This document shows positions 37,555 through 52,071 of a stretch of 64,000 bases of DNA, in pieces. The stretch's first letter is position 1, and each line of letters begins with the position of its first letter. This stretch comes from Octopus vulgaris (taxonomy: Eukaryota): the NCBI GenBank assembly GCA_951406725.2, contig OX597830.1, positions 23,002,001 through 23,066,000 of the forward strand, given 5' to 3'. Position numbers and translations under genes: made by a program. The notes under the pieces were generated by a model. It saw nothing but the letters and a program-made list of their open reading frames with translations. It searched no databases and was not told the DNA's origin.

Positions 37555-37830
37555 GTTCTAGTTGATCTGATCAATAGAAGAGCCTGCTTGTGAAATTAAC
37601 ATGCAAGTGGTTGAGCACTCCACAGACATGTGTACCCTTAATGTAGTTCCCAGGGAGATTCAGCATGGCACAGAACATGACAAGGCTGACCCTTTGAAAT
37701 ACAGGTACAACTTGTTTTTTTTGCCAGCCGAGTGGACTGGAGCAACATGAAATAAAGAGTCATTAAAGTGTCTTGCTCAAGGACACAATGTGTAGGTGTG
37801 AATTGATCTCATGACCTTATGATTATGGAC
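37555..37830 (-). mobile_element. SINE group C, tail type 2
   Basis: gcctgcttgtgaaattaacatgcaagtgg...tgtacccttaa...tacaggtacaa...gagtggactggagcaa; second copy at 61037-61312(-). Confidence 0.75.
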
Positions 37831-39327
37831 CAAATGAAATCAATTCACACCTGCACATTGAAAACAAGATGTTTGTACTACAGAGCCAGAGGCAGTTTCG
37901 GCCGGGTAGGTATTGAAAGGGTTAAATAACTGAAAAAAGTAAAAGAAAGGATTAGAAATAAAGAATGTCATGCAAGCCACCTCGCCTGGCGGCCTAGTGG
38001 TCAGGGTGTTGCACTTGAGATCTTACAACCGTGATCTCGGCCCCCAGACCAATTGGTATATTGTATCCTTGAGCAAGACATTTCATTTCACATTACTCCA
38101 GTCCATTCAGCTATAAATGAGCTCCACCAACAGTTGGGAAGTTAACCCTGTGAATAGGCTAGCATCCCATCCAGGGACAGTTATTGTAATCTCAGTTACT
38201 TATATGCCACAAAAACCAGGTTAAGCTCCATCCTGTGAGGGTGCATGGCTTAGTGGTTAATGATAACTAAGTTATTTTACTAAATACTTGGTTATATTTA
38301 AATTTAACTGAAAGAAACACAGAGCATCTCAACAGAAATATGGTAACAAAAGGGTTAAACTGTGGCCATGCTGGGGCACTGCCTTGAAGGCTTATAGTCA
38401 AACAAATCAACTTCAGTACCTATTCTTATAAGCCTGGTGCTTGTTCTATTGGTTCCTATTGTCAAACAGTTACAGGGATGTAAACACACCAACACCAGTC
38501 GTCAAGCGATGGTGGAGTACAAACGCAGACATAAAGACACATACGGGAGTGACAAATGTTTCTTTATCGTGAAGTGCATGGTTCAAACCTGTGTGGGACA
38601 CAGCTTGGAATACATTTTGATCATTTGTATCTAAAGAAGGGAGACGTAAGACAGGAGGAACTTTTTTTTTGCGACTGCCAAGCATCAGACAATCTGGAAT
38701 ATATTCTCTGGGTCATCGTGACATGTTCTCTAAACAATAGTAAATAGAATAACTACACGAATACAGAAACACACACACACAGAGGCACGTAGATGCACAT
38801 ACACAGAGAGAAATGAATAAATAAATCTGATGTATCATTTGCATTATATGAAGGATGAGATTAAAGAAGGAAGAAAAACCCACAGTTACTTTATACGAGT
38901 ATTAGTTTCTAGGAATATCTCTTTTTAGTTTTAATCTCGTGTAAATTTAGATATATTTTGAATGATGAGATATTTTGGAGATATTTTCAATGGTGTGTGT
39001 GTGTGTGTAGGTATATGTGTGTTTATGTGTGCGCATGTATACATACATACATACATATATACACATATATACACATACACATATATATGTATATATACAC
39101 ATATACACACACACATATATATGTACTCACATACATACACACATATGTATATACGTATATACACATAAGAACATATACCTTTGTATACATACGTATATAT
39201 ACATATGTACATATACCTACATACATACATACATACAGACATGTGCATACATCTATATACATACATATATGTACATATATTTATATATACATATACACAC
39301 ATACATATATGATAGCAATACCTTCAA

Positions 39328-39375
<48 letters not shown>

Positions 39376-40054
39376 GATAAGATAGGGAATATCAAATTTA
39401 AAGATATTTCCAATGATATATGATACGATAAAGAGAATATCAAATGATTTCTCTTAGCTTCTCCAATTATTTTACAGCCACCAATCTTGGTACTAATGCA
39501 TATTCTATTCCCAGTTGAGGCACTGGGATGGCTTGAAAAAATATTAACCCCTCATACAAGGATAATATAAAGCAAACCTAGAACGTTTAGGGAAAGGGGA
39601 ATAGAAAAGTAGGACCATTATGGTTTTCCCATAAAGGTAAGTGCAATAAAAGGTTTCCAAACTGGTAAATGATAAACGAGGGTACTGATTGATTTTATGC
39701 AGATCTTTGAACTGTAATGTTACAAAAAACAAAACAAACAAAAAAAAAAAACAGTAACTGATGTATTGTGGTTTATTGAGCAATGTTATGTATTTTTTGA
39801 ATCACAAAATAAACACGAGCACAAATACATCTCTCTCCCTGTCTGTCTATACATACATATATATACATATAGATATACATATATACATACATATATATAT
39901 TTATATATACAGGGAGAATTCACAAAAAAAAAACAAAAGATGCAGACAGGTGGTGTAAACAACAAACAGATGTATTAGTATAACGCTCGGGAAGTGAAAA
40001 AGCCTTTAACGTTTCGAGCCTACGCTCTTCCACCTTGGTGGTTATTCGTCGTAT

Positions 40055-40436
40055 ACTCTTTTACTCTTATACTTGTTTCATTCATATGACTGTGGCCATG
40101 CTGGAGCACTGCCTTTAGTCAAGCAAATTGACCCCAGGATTTATTCTTTGTAATCCCAGTACTTATTCTATCGGTCTCTTTTATGGGGACATAAACACAC
40201 CACCAAGTGATGTTGGGGAGGGGGAGACACAAAGATAGACACACAAACATATACACACACATACATATATGCGATGGGATTCTTTCAGTTTCCGTCTACC
40301 AAATTCACTCACAAGGCTTTGGTTGGCCTGAGGCTATAGTAGAAGACACTTGCCCAAGGTGCCACGCAGTGGGAATGAACCCGGAACCATGTGGTTGGTA
40401 AGCAAGCTACTTACCACACAGCCACTCCTGCGCCTA
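40055..40436 (-). mobile_element. SINE group A
   Basis: Full head ...cacacagccactcctgcgcc. Confidence 0.88.
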
Positions 40437-40438
40437 TC

Positions 40439-40486
<48 letters not shown>

Positions 40487-40819
40487 TATATACACACACA
40501 CACAACAAGAAATCATTTTTGCCTCTTTTTATGGAGACAAAAGAGTTTATAAATACACACATGAACATACACACAATAAGTGCAGGCAAGCTTGCTTCCC
40601 AACCATGTAGTCATGCCTTTTGTCCCACTGCACAACATCTTTTACGTAAGTGTTTTCTACTATAGCCCCAACGGACCAAATGCCTAGGGTCATAGAAAAG
40701 AAGTAATGACGGAAATAAAAGATCCTGACAGACCCACAGCCCTGAATGATGACGATACCATAAATTGTTGAAACTCTAAAACTAAACTACCCAGTTACTT
40801 CTACACTTCTATACCCGAC

Positions 40820-41257
40820 ACTACTGCCGCCACCACCACCACCACCACCACCACCACTGCTACCACTACCACCACAGCAGCAACTGCAATAGCCACTGTT
40901 GCTTTAATCGTCAGCATGGATGTAATGCAGGTCATAAGATCTACTTGACTGGTACTGAGCTAAGCTCAACAATTACCACCACCGCCACAACTACCACCAC
41001 TACTACTGTGAACATCACCAATACTGTCACAGCATCCACCACCTCCACTGAAGTAGCAACCACCATCAGTACCACAGCAGGGCTTCTATCCTGCACCATC
41101 AGCAACAGCAGCAGTGCCATCATTATCCACTACTACCATCACTACCACCTCTAACACCATACCAGCAGTAGCAGCAGCAGCCATAGCTGCTGCCACCACC
41201 ACCTCTACCACCACCACCACCACCTCTACCACCACCACCACCACTACCACCACCACC

Positions 41258-41318
<61 letters not shown>

Positions 41319-41340
41319 CCAGCAGCAGTACTGCAATCAC
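40820..41340. repeat. (ACC)n/(AAC)n/(AGC)n compound microsatellite
   Basis: Direct inspection. Confidence 0.85.
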
Positions 41341-42602
41341 CAAATTGTCTTAGTAGATCTAATATTTAGTTCATCAATCTTGGAGAATGAGGAAAACGGT
41401 TGAGTTGATCCAGATAAGATTTGAAGCAGACATCTATCCACAGGCAACGTAAGACTAGAATAGAATACCTGTACTGTTGCTATATACTGTTGTGTATAGC
41501 ATACAGCATCACAGACACTGGAAGTAGTTACAGATAAGATCTTCAATGTCAAATACACAAAATGAACACAAGTTAACCCAGACAGGTATTTAAAGAAAAT
41601 GAATAGACTTTGTTTATTATTATATAAACAACTGGCCTCACTGTATTATGTAGGTGTGGTTGTGTGGTAAGAAGCTTGCTTCCCAACCACATGGTTCCAG
41701 GTTCAGTCCCACCCTAACCCTAACCCAACCACATGGTTGTGGGTTCAGTCCCATTGCATGGCACCTTGGGCAAGCGTCTTCTACTATAGCCTCAGGCTGG
41801 CCAAAGTCTTGGGAGTGGATTTGGTAGATAGAAACTGAAAGAAACCCATTACACACACACACACACACACACACACTTTTAAAATTTTTAAATTCAGGAA
41901 CATTGGTTAGAATGCGTTGCATTATTTGTTCTGAATCCCTTTGCTTCAGGTTCAAATCACACTGCTGTCAACTTTGCGTTTTGCCCTTTTGGGGTTAATA
42001 AAGTACCAATCCAACAAAACAGCATATTGCAGTGCAGCAGCAAACTACTGAAATTTTTAAAATGTTGGATGAGATGCCATGTAGCTGGTTCTTTGTTTTG
42101 AGTTCAAATTCCACTAATGCCAAATTTGTCTTTCACCCTTTCAGGGTCAATAAACAAAGTTCCTTGTTTGTCCCCTCTATAGTTAGCCCCTTGTGGGCAA
42201 TAACAAAATAAGATTGACAGGTGGGATTAAGAATTGGGATTAGAGCATTGAATGAGATTGCTTAGGGCATCTGTTCCAGCTCTTTGTATTCAGATGGCAT
42301 CTTTGACAACACTGGTGCCATAATGTGTTGGTCCTTGTCTTTCTCTTAGACAACAATGGTAACATGAAGAAAGAGGAAAACTTGTAAGCAATGGAAAACT
42401 GCTGCACTGCCATAACACCCCACCCACACCAAAAACTTTTTCCTGTACAAGGTGCAGAGCCATGGTATTAAGAGATTTATGGAGACCCCTGAACGAGTTA
42501 CTGTTTTTTGAAGGCCAAAATCTAAATCCTGAATGCAGAGGACAAAACAACATGACAACAGAATGGCTAGTGTCACCAGAGATGAGAGGAGAAGACAACG
42601 GG

Positions 42603-42643
<41 letters not shown>

Positions 42644-43552
42644 AAGTAATAAGTGTTGAATACATTAATTATGTATATCTTACATCAAACAACATATGAC
42701 AATCAATGTTGGTATATGTAAACACAGACTTGTTCTGAAAACTGTGTTACATTGAAAGCCAAGTTAATATATAAGATGACATTAACACATAGCACACTGT
42801 GTTATGTATAATTCATATCAGTCACTATAATCTTTTTTTGTTTTTGATTTTTGTTTTTTTCTCTGTTTATTTTTCCCCCTCACAAAGCTCCAACTAATTC
42901 TGTAAGTAAGTGAATGTTTACAATGTGTACAGGCCTAAATGAGAAAAACCGAGCAACTCAGCTATGACTATGGGCCTAATTAACGATATTATATTACGTA
43001 ACTGGAAGAGAGCCAGTGCCCATAGTGTTTCTATATTCTGACCTGAATGGTGATATCAACATAGCTATGGTCATTATGGTCAGCTTCAAGTTTTGGTGCT
43101 GGGTGGTTGTAGTTAGGAAACAAGACCTGCCAAAATTAGCAGCCAAATTCAACTTGAATTATGCACAACCAGTTTGAAACGAGAAGGGTACTTTGAATAA
43201 TGTAGACCAAGATATGCAATGCATAAGAGCATGCCTGTCACTAAGTGGGTGCACTAGATGACACTACCACATCACTATTCAATGGTAATCCTCACATTTA
43301 CTTCATTTTAGTGACTCAAGTTTTGCACTGTGCCAACCCAGAATATTCTGAAGTCCCCACCCCCACCCAAGCACTAAAGTTAGGGGCAGGTATGCCTAAG
43401 AGGAAGATGGCCATGGCTGGAATGCCAGTGACTATAAATCTATTGTGCCAGAGCTGACCAACAACTACATGGGCAGGGAATGAGTTACAAAGGGTTTCAA
43501 ATCTGGTAAGAAAGGAACGGGCAAAGTATTTAATTTACTGTTTGAAGTGGTG

Positions 43553-43620
<68 letters not shown>

Positions 43621-43850
43621 TACCCTTGGTTCATTTGTCTCTCCTCCTCTTGTGACCCACCTGAAATTCTACATTAAGTACTATGTCCAGTCCTTCTACC
43701 CCAATATTTCAGCCTCCTGGAATTACTCCCAACTGCACTCTTTTTTTTCTTGCTGCAGAGATTGATTCATAACTGTTCAAATGGAATATATTAACTGCAG
43801 GATTTACAGAAGACCTCTGAAGGTCATGGGCATCACCACTTCCTTGAAAT

Positions 43851-44090
43851 ATATTTATTTCTTTATTGCCACACAGAGGGCTATACATAGAGAGGACAAA
43901 CAGAGACAGACAAAAGGATTAAGGTGATTACATCGACCCCAGTGCATAATTGGTACTTATTTAATTGACCCCGAAAGGATGAAAGGCAAAGTCGACCTCG
44001 GCACAATTTGAACTCAGAACGTAATGGCAGACGAAATACTGCTAAGCATTTCACCTGGCATGCTAACTATTCTGCCAACTCACTGCCTTA
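43851..44090 (-). mobile_element. Full-length SINE group B
   Basis: Reverse complement of the 25910-26127 type; another copy at 50042-50270(+). Confidence 0.88.
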
Positions 44091-45707
44091 TATATATATT
44101 AAAAAAAATTTATTTAAAAAAAAGAAATACAGATAATGAATAGAACAGATGGGGGATATACTGGGAGTGAAAAAAATTCTAAGATAAACTAAATTTGTTG
44201 TGGTTTAGTCAGCACCAGGAGGGCCCTTATGATTCTTCACCAGGCCTCCAAGACCGGAGGGAGGAGAAAGTGGGGAGAAACTATGACTCATGGGTGTTAT
44301 TCTCAGACCAGGGGACCTGCTCTGAATGCTTGCAACAAAAGAACTCTGCCAAACAGCTCCAAGGCTCAAGTGCTCGTGTTAACTCACAAGAGATGCTTTA
44401 GAACTAACTACTCTGCCAAATATAATATTTATTCACATCGTTTTGAATTAATCATGCATCATCTTGTAATTTTGAGGCTTTAATGATGTGACTGTTTGTT
44501 TTTAGAATGACATTGTAGGATAGGTGTGAGAGGCCAGATCTGGCTGATTTGAACATAGAACAAGTAGAAGAATATTGTAGCCTGATATGGCTGGTTTAAA
44601 CACTAAAGGGGTCGATGCTCTAATGATTCAGCTAATTGGTGCATAATAATGACAATGCCTTATCTCAGTAATTCAGACATGAAATAATTAATGTATACAC
44701 TAAAAATTAGTTTAATGAATGCATTAATTAACAATTATACTTACTATATATTCAGTAATTAATAGTAATTACATTCACTGCATGGAGTGGTTGTGGGGTT
44801 ATGAAGCTTGCTTTCCAGCCATGTGAACTTGGATTCAATCACACAGTATAGTGCTTTGGGCAAGCGTTTTCTGCTCCAGTTTTGGGCTGACTAAAGCCCT
44901 GTGAGTGGTTGACAGAAACTGAAAGAAATCTGTCATATGGTCACTATCCTTTAACGTCCGTTTTTCATGCTGGCATGGGTTGGATGGTTTGACAGGGTCT
45001 GGCAAGGCAGAAGACTGCACCAGGCTTCACTGTCTATTTTGGCAAGGTTTTTATGGCTGGATTCCTTTCCTTACACCAACCACACACACACGTGTGTGTG
45101 TGTGTGTATGTTATCCTTGTCCCCCACCACAGTCTGACAACTAGTGTTGGTTTGTTTACATCCTCAAAACTATAAACTAAGTATTGGGGGCAATTTTTTG
45201 GCTACAACCCTTAGAGGCAAGTGCCTGCAGTATGGCCACAGTCCACTGACTAAAACTAGTAAACGATAAAATGTAATATATTCAGTAATTGATAATTATA
45301 TTAATTATACATTCAGAGCACACATACCATTGTCACAGATAAAAACATGAAAGCAAAAAAAAAAAAAGAAAAAAGAAAAGACAAAATTTTTGCGAACACT
45401 AATTCTTAAATATCAGATGAAACATTGTATAAATTTGAATTATGCAACAGGAGCAGCTTGAGATAAAAGTCTTTATCTATATGACATAGAGATAATATAG
45501 CTATGTCAATGTATGTATATTGTTGTAAGGTCAGAGACTGCAGTGGTTATCTTGGAAAGGATACTTTCGTAAATGTATGTGGTGTGTTAAAAATACAATA
45601 CAGTCCAGATCTAAGACAAAAGGAAATCACCCTGGAATATCAGCTCTGGGGTGATTTTGTATGATCTAGCCCTGAGGTATCATTGTAGTTTTAACACACT
45701 ATAACTA

Positions 45708-46030
45708 TGAAGGTGCATGGCTCAGTGGTTAGAGCATCGGGTTCACAATCATGAGGTAGTGAGTTCGATTCCCTGACTGGGCTGTGTGTTGTGTTCTTGT
45801 GTTTCCCGATGCTCCATACACTCGTGAGTTGTGATGTCATTGGTGCCAAGCTGTATCAACCTTTGCCTTTCCCTTGGATAACATCAGTGGCATGGAAAGG
45901 TGCTGCTGGTATGCATGTGTGACTGCTGGTCTTCCATAAACAACCCTGCCTGGACTTGTGCCTCAGAGGGGAACTTTCTAGGTGCAATCCCATGGTCATT
46001 CATAACTGAAGAGGTTCTTTACTCTTTACT
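45708..46030 (+). mobile_element. Near full-length SINE group C, tail type 1
   Basis: A box tggctcagtggttagagc, B box gagttcgattcc, tail ends ctttactctttacttt. Confidence 0.85.
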
Positions 46031-46091
46031 TTATCTATGAAAGGGATCTTTTCCAAATGACCCCAGGAGCCACTGACTTTTCAGCAATATG

Positions 46092-46455
46092 CCTTTTATC
46101 TTTTACTTGCTTCAGTTATTAGACTGTGGCCATGCTGGGGCACCTTGAAGAATTTTAGTTGAATGAATCAACCGCAGTACTTATTTTTCTTTAAACCTGG
46201 GACTTATTTTATTAGTCTCCTTTGCTGAAGTGCTATGTTACAGGGACATAAACAAAACAAGACCAGTCTTCAAACACAGACACTCACACACACACGATAG
46301 GCTACTTTCAGTTTCTGTCTACAAAATCCACTCTCAAGGCTCTGGTCAACCTGAGGCTTTAGTAGAAGACATTTGACCAAGGTGCCAAGCAGTGGGACTG
46401 AACCCAGAACCATATGGTTGGTAAGCAAGCTACTTACCACACAGCTATGCCTACA
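46092..46455 (-). mobile_element. SINE group A
   Basis: Standard motifs in reverse. Confidence 0.82.
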
Positions 46456-47689
46456 TAAGTTAAAAACATCATATAGATAAAAACTGTCTGGGTTGACTCA
46501 ATGTTAGGTTTAACCATTCAGCTTTTAAACCAGCTCTATCCAACCCAAATATTCTTCCTGTTATATGTTCAAAACCAGCCTCATCTGGTTTCTCACATCT
46601 ACCCTTCAATGTCATTTTAAAAGTAGGACAATCACATCATAAAAATCTTGAAGCTACGAGATAATGCACGGTTAATTCTAAGCAATGAGATAAGCAATAC
46701 ATGTGACAGAATAAACATCATAATCATCATCATTTCACATCCATTTCCATGCTGGCATAGGTTGGACAGTTTAACAGGAGCTGGTCAACCTCCATGTCTG
46801 TTTTGGCCTGGTTTCTACAGCCAGATGCCCTTCCTAACACCAACCACTTGGTGCTTTTATGCAGCACCAATACAGGTGGATTTACGTAACATCGGTGTGG
46901 GTGTTTGTTTTTACACGGCACCAACACCCATGAGCCTGAAAGATTAGGAACGATCAGCTGAAGTGGGATGCAGGGGACATACCTGTATGCAAGGGCAACC
47001 ATGCTTTTACATAGATCGATGTGTCTCCTTAAGCATAGCAAACCGCCAGGAGCCTCAGTCCCCTGTTATCCCCTCTGTAAGGCCTAACGCCTGAAGATCC
47101 TTTGTCACCACTTCATTCCATGTCTTCCTGGATCTACTTCTTCCCCATATCCCCTCCACAGTGTGAATGCTAAATGGTCAGAGGCTCTTACCCAAGCTGC
47201 TGTGCAATGAGATTGAACCTGGGACAATGTAATAGACAGAGAAACACACTTATTAACCACACGGCCATGCCTGCACTCTGTAGCAGTCTGCAGTGTATCA
47301 TTTTTTTAAAATCCAGAATAATATACACACCCAGCCAGACAAAATATGTTTACATACAGAAAATGAAAACATCTTTTACGCTGGAGAGAACATGTGCCAA
47401 CTATATTTTCTAACAGTGAGTACAACCTTCTTCCCTGCAAAATACAAACAATATGTACCAATCTCTCCCCCTTTCCACACTGTACCATTGTGATCACCTC
47501 ATGATAATGAAAATATAATCAAATGAAAGAATATATATATCTATATATATATATACATATCAGTGTGTATATGTGTGTATATATATATACACACACAAAT
47601 ATATATATATATCATAACAGCATAGAAAATGGATGTTAAAGGATAATAATGATAAATATATGTGTGTGTATGTTTATATATTGTGTATG

Positions 47690-47747
47690 CATGTGTGTGT
47701 GTATATGTGTATGTATATATATACATATATATATATATATATGTATG

Positions 47748-47830
<83 letters not shown>

Positions 47831-48704
47831 ATATATATATGTATATATATATGTATATATGTATATATATATGTATATGTATATATGTATATATATATGT
47901 ATATGTATATATGTATATGTATATATGTATATATATATATGTATATATATATATGTATATATGTATATATATATATGTATATATGTATATATATATATGT
48001 ATATATGTATATATATATATGTATATATGTATATATATATCTCTCTATATATAAACGGCAGTTTGTCTGTGCGTGTTTCTGTGTGTCTGTTTGCTTGTAC
48101 CCTCACCCTGACCACGGCTTTCAACCGATTCTGATGAAACTTGACACATACATAGCCCAATGTCATAATTCAAAACTAACGCAGCGAAAATTTTCAAAAG
48201 TTCCCCCAGTTCTGAAAAAAATCGATAAATTCGACATGGGGTCGAGAATCAGAAACGCAAACCGCAAACTGTCTAGGGGCGCAACTCCACCTTTTTAACT
48301 AAAAAAAAATTTACCATCATTTTTTTTCCCATTTTTTTTGCTATTTTTTGGCTATAACTCTCTAAAAATGCTTTATAGTTATTTCCCTTACAAACCTGAG
48401 CAACGCCGGGCGATACTGCTAGTATGTATATATATATATATGTATATATGTATATATATATATGTATATATGTATATATATGTATATATGTATATATATA
48501 TGTATATATGTATATATATATGTATATATGTATATATATATATGTATATATGTATATATGTATATATGTATATGTATATATGTATATATGTATATATATA
48601 TATGTATATATGTATATATATATGTATATATGTATATATATATGTATATATGTATATATATATGTATATATGTATATATATATGTATATACGTATATATA
48701 TATC

Positions 48705-48735
<31 letters not shown>
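47690..48735. repeat. Long (TA)n/(TATATG)n array, split by a Helitron
   Basis: Direct inspection. Confidence 0.95.
48040..48422 (+). mobile_element. Non-autonomous Helitron
   Basis: A|TC 5' end, CTAG|T 3' end, subterminal imperfect hairpin cctgagc-aac-gccggg about 10 nt before CTAG, no TSD. Confidence 0.85.
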
Positions 48736-48738
<3 letters not shown>

Positions 48739-50714
48739 TAATACACACACACATCCCACACACACATTAAGTGCTGGAGCTAAAACAACACTGGATCTAA
48801 AAACATTCCAAATTTTATTTAATTGAAGAGGAGAAAAGTAGTTCTTCCCAGTGTGTAAATGGTTATATTCTTGGACCACTTTCAATCCGCCAGACCATGC
48901 GTATTTTGTATTACAAACAGAAAAGAAAAGGAAGAAAAACAACATCATCAGTTTTAAGATCAATACATCCATATTTGATCTTGTAAACCATAATAAGGTC
49001 TGCTGTAATTCTATGACACTCCAGGGTTTGCCGATTCAGTTGTGTCAAATGATGAAAATAAGCAGGGTTCATGTTTTCAGTTTCAAGTGTTTTTTGCCGC
49101 TGTAAACCAGACTATCGGATGTGGTTATACACCACTAGTCACAATGCGCTTTGCATCGTTTTAGCTTTCGAATGATGTCACCCGGCTGGCTAGGTGAGCA
49201 GGCCAACATTCTCCCCTGGTTGTGGCGTGGGGGGGGGGTACTTTGTCACAGTAGACTGGAGCAATGTGAAATGAAGTGTGTTGTTCAAGAACACAATACA
49301 CCACTCTCTCTGGGAATCAAAGCTATGATCTGGCAATCATGAGTGCAACAGCCTAACCACTACACCAAGCTTCTTTCAGTTTCACCTTATCAAATCTCAC
49401 AAGGCTTTGGTCAGCCTGAGGCTATAGTAGAAGACACTTACCCAAGATACCACAGAAAATAAATTGTTTTTGGTTAGATTTGATTGGATTTTTCTTCTTT
49501 GCTTTTGCTGGGTTTAGACAAAGGACAGTGTTCATGGCTTTCACAGACTCTCCTAGATAAAGATTGATGTCATAAATATGCCTCTTGCAAGGCATCACCC
49601 ATTAAAAACAAAAAGTAAAGTGAGTAGAGAGTGAATTCTAGAAAGCTGACGTTCTGATAAGGACATCAGTCTTCTGTTGAACCATGGATGAAGGCATTAA
49701 CTCCAAATAAGAATTTAAACCATGGCAACATGTCCAACTGATGCCAGCATGGAATGTAAAATGATGCACCCTGTTTACTGCACTTTTACCTGATCTTAGT
49801 GCATTTCTTACTTCTGGACCATGTAGTGGTGCTCGAATAAATTTGAACTTAAATTCTGAATTTATCATCCAGGATGAGGTCCACAGCATCAAGTGTGAAA
49901 TCCAAGATGAGCTGATATGGAAATAGTGATGCAGATAAACATAATTAGTCTGAACACTATGCGTTCTCTTCTTAGTCTTCTGTAATTGCATGTATATGCG
50001 TGTATCAACCCTAATGACATATATATATATATATATATTGGCAAGGTGGCAAGCTGGCAGAATCATTAGCATGCTGGGCAAAATGCTTAGAGGTATTTTG
50101 CCTGCTGTTATGTTCTGAGTTCAAATTCCACCGAGGTCGACTTTGCCTTTCATCCTTTCGGAGTTGATTAAATAAGTACCAGTTACACACTGGGGTCGAT
50201 GCAATCAACTTAATTCCTTTGTTTGTCCCCTCTGAGTTTAGCCCCCTGTGGCCAATAAAGAAAAAAAATATATATATATATATATATATTATAACTATGT
50301 ATTTGTTCTCATTATATTTTGTTCCCATTTCCCAGCAGCTTCTTTTTTTTTTGCTGGCGCCACCAGAAAGAAATCAATATTATCATTAAAGGTGCAACAT
50401 TGCGTTTGACCTTCTGGCTGATAATTGATGAGGAGTTGGTGACCTTCTGTGTCTGATTTCCATGTCTATGCATTTATTATGTTCTTTTACCTTACACACA
50501 CAGATGCTTGTTTTTGTGTCAATTTTACATTATATTGAAGAATTGCTCAATACATTTTGTAGAAAACATTGTTGCTATTATGTTAAACTGTCGTATTTCC
50601 AAATTTGGTCAAATGCGTTTTTTTTCAATATTTAATTTTGCTTGCAATAACCGGTGCCTTTGGTCAAACTATCATATCTCCAGCTGCTTCACATGAAAAT
50701 TGTAACAAGGCTGA

Positions 50715-50759
50715 CCTAAGCCTTGTGAGTGGATTTGGTAGATGGAAACTGAAAGAAGC

Positions 50760-50817
<58 letters not shown>

Positions 50818-51296
50818 CATATGTTTGTGTTTGTCCCGCCCAACATCGCTTGACAACCGATGGTGGTGTGTTTACGTCCCCGTAACTTAGCGGTTTGGCA
50901 AAAGAGATCGATAGAATAAGTACTAGGCTTACAAAGAATAAGTCCTGGGGTCGATTTCTTCGACTAAAGGCTGTGCTCCAGCATGGCCACAGTCAAATGA
51001 CTGAAACAAGTAAAAGGGTAATATATATATATAATATATTGACTGGTTTCCGTGCTGGTGGCACGTTAAAAGCACCAACCGATCGTGGCCGATGCCGGAC
51101 TCCCCTGGCACCTGTGCAGGTGGCACGTAAAAAGCACCCACTACACTCACGGAGTGGTTGGCATTAGGAAGGGCATCCAGCTGTAGAAACACTGCCAGAT
51201 CAGACTGGAGCCTGGTGCAACCTTCTGGCTTCCCAGATCCCCGGTCGAACCGTCCAACCCATGCTAGCATGGAGAACGGACGTTAAACGATGATGG
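50715..51296 (+). mobile_element. SINE group A (5'-truncated) followed by a young RTE 3'-UTR (51045-51296)
   Basis: Both near-consensus and CpG-rich. Confidence 0.85.
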
Positions 51297-51954
51297 TATA
51301 TATATATATACTCATGGTGTATAAAAACACTCATATTTATACTGTAGACAGATGAGAACTGTCTGCTATGGCTGCTGAAACTGCCAGATCATATAATTTC
51401 ACTTTTTTGGGGGCTTCTCAGTGACAGACATCACAAAAAGTCAAATTAACTGCTGTATTCTTCTGGAAATAATATCTCTCATGGACATACTGTGTTTAAA
51501 AACGGGAAAAATACATCAGAGGCAGAGGAAAATCATTGCCAGCTGTGATGGTGGTGAGAGTGCTAGGTGCGCATTTCTGCGTTGTTGGGCTTTGTCAGTA
51601 GCATGTATTTTGTGCCAGCCGCATGATAAGACAAAATCCGTCACAACTGATTAATTACTGTCATGAAGATTAAGTAAATTAATAATGCTGCTCTAATGAT
51701 GCATTACCATCAGTCAGCAATGACCTGGTGCTTGCTGTCCGACAAGTGCATCATCAATACAGTAACAGATGGACAACAATTAAATGGTAATTAGCAAAGC
51801 AATAGACAATCTTCTAATGAGGATTATATGGCAGTTTCCAATGAGTCTTTACTAAATTGATTTGTAATTGAAGGTAGTGATGGCGGGGTGGGTGGAAACA
51901 CAAGTGAAATATGGGGTGGAGGTTATAGAAGTATAAATACACACATACATAAAT

Positions 51955-51992
51955 ATCTATCTACCTACCTACCAACATACCTACCTACCTAC

Positions 51993-52071
<79 letters not shown>

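Noticed and set aside
45708-45785. tRNA-like sequence with A and B boxes
   Set aside because: SINE head running into the SINE body; no complete cloverleaf.
47633-48972. Long YI/YM-rich ORFs (also 55601-56438, 38931-39385, 23572-24058)
   Set aside because: Stop-free translations of (TA)n/(CA)n microsatellites.
49638-50081. 147-aa minus-strand ORF
   Set aside because: Starts within a SINE and (TA)n tract; no recognisable domain or splice structure.
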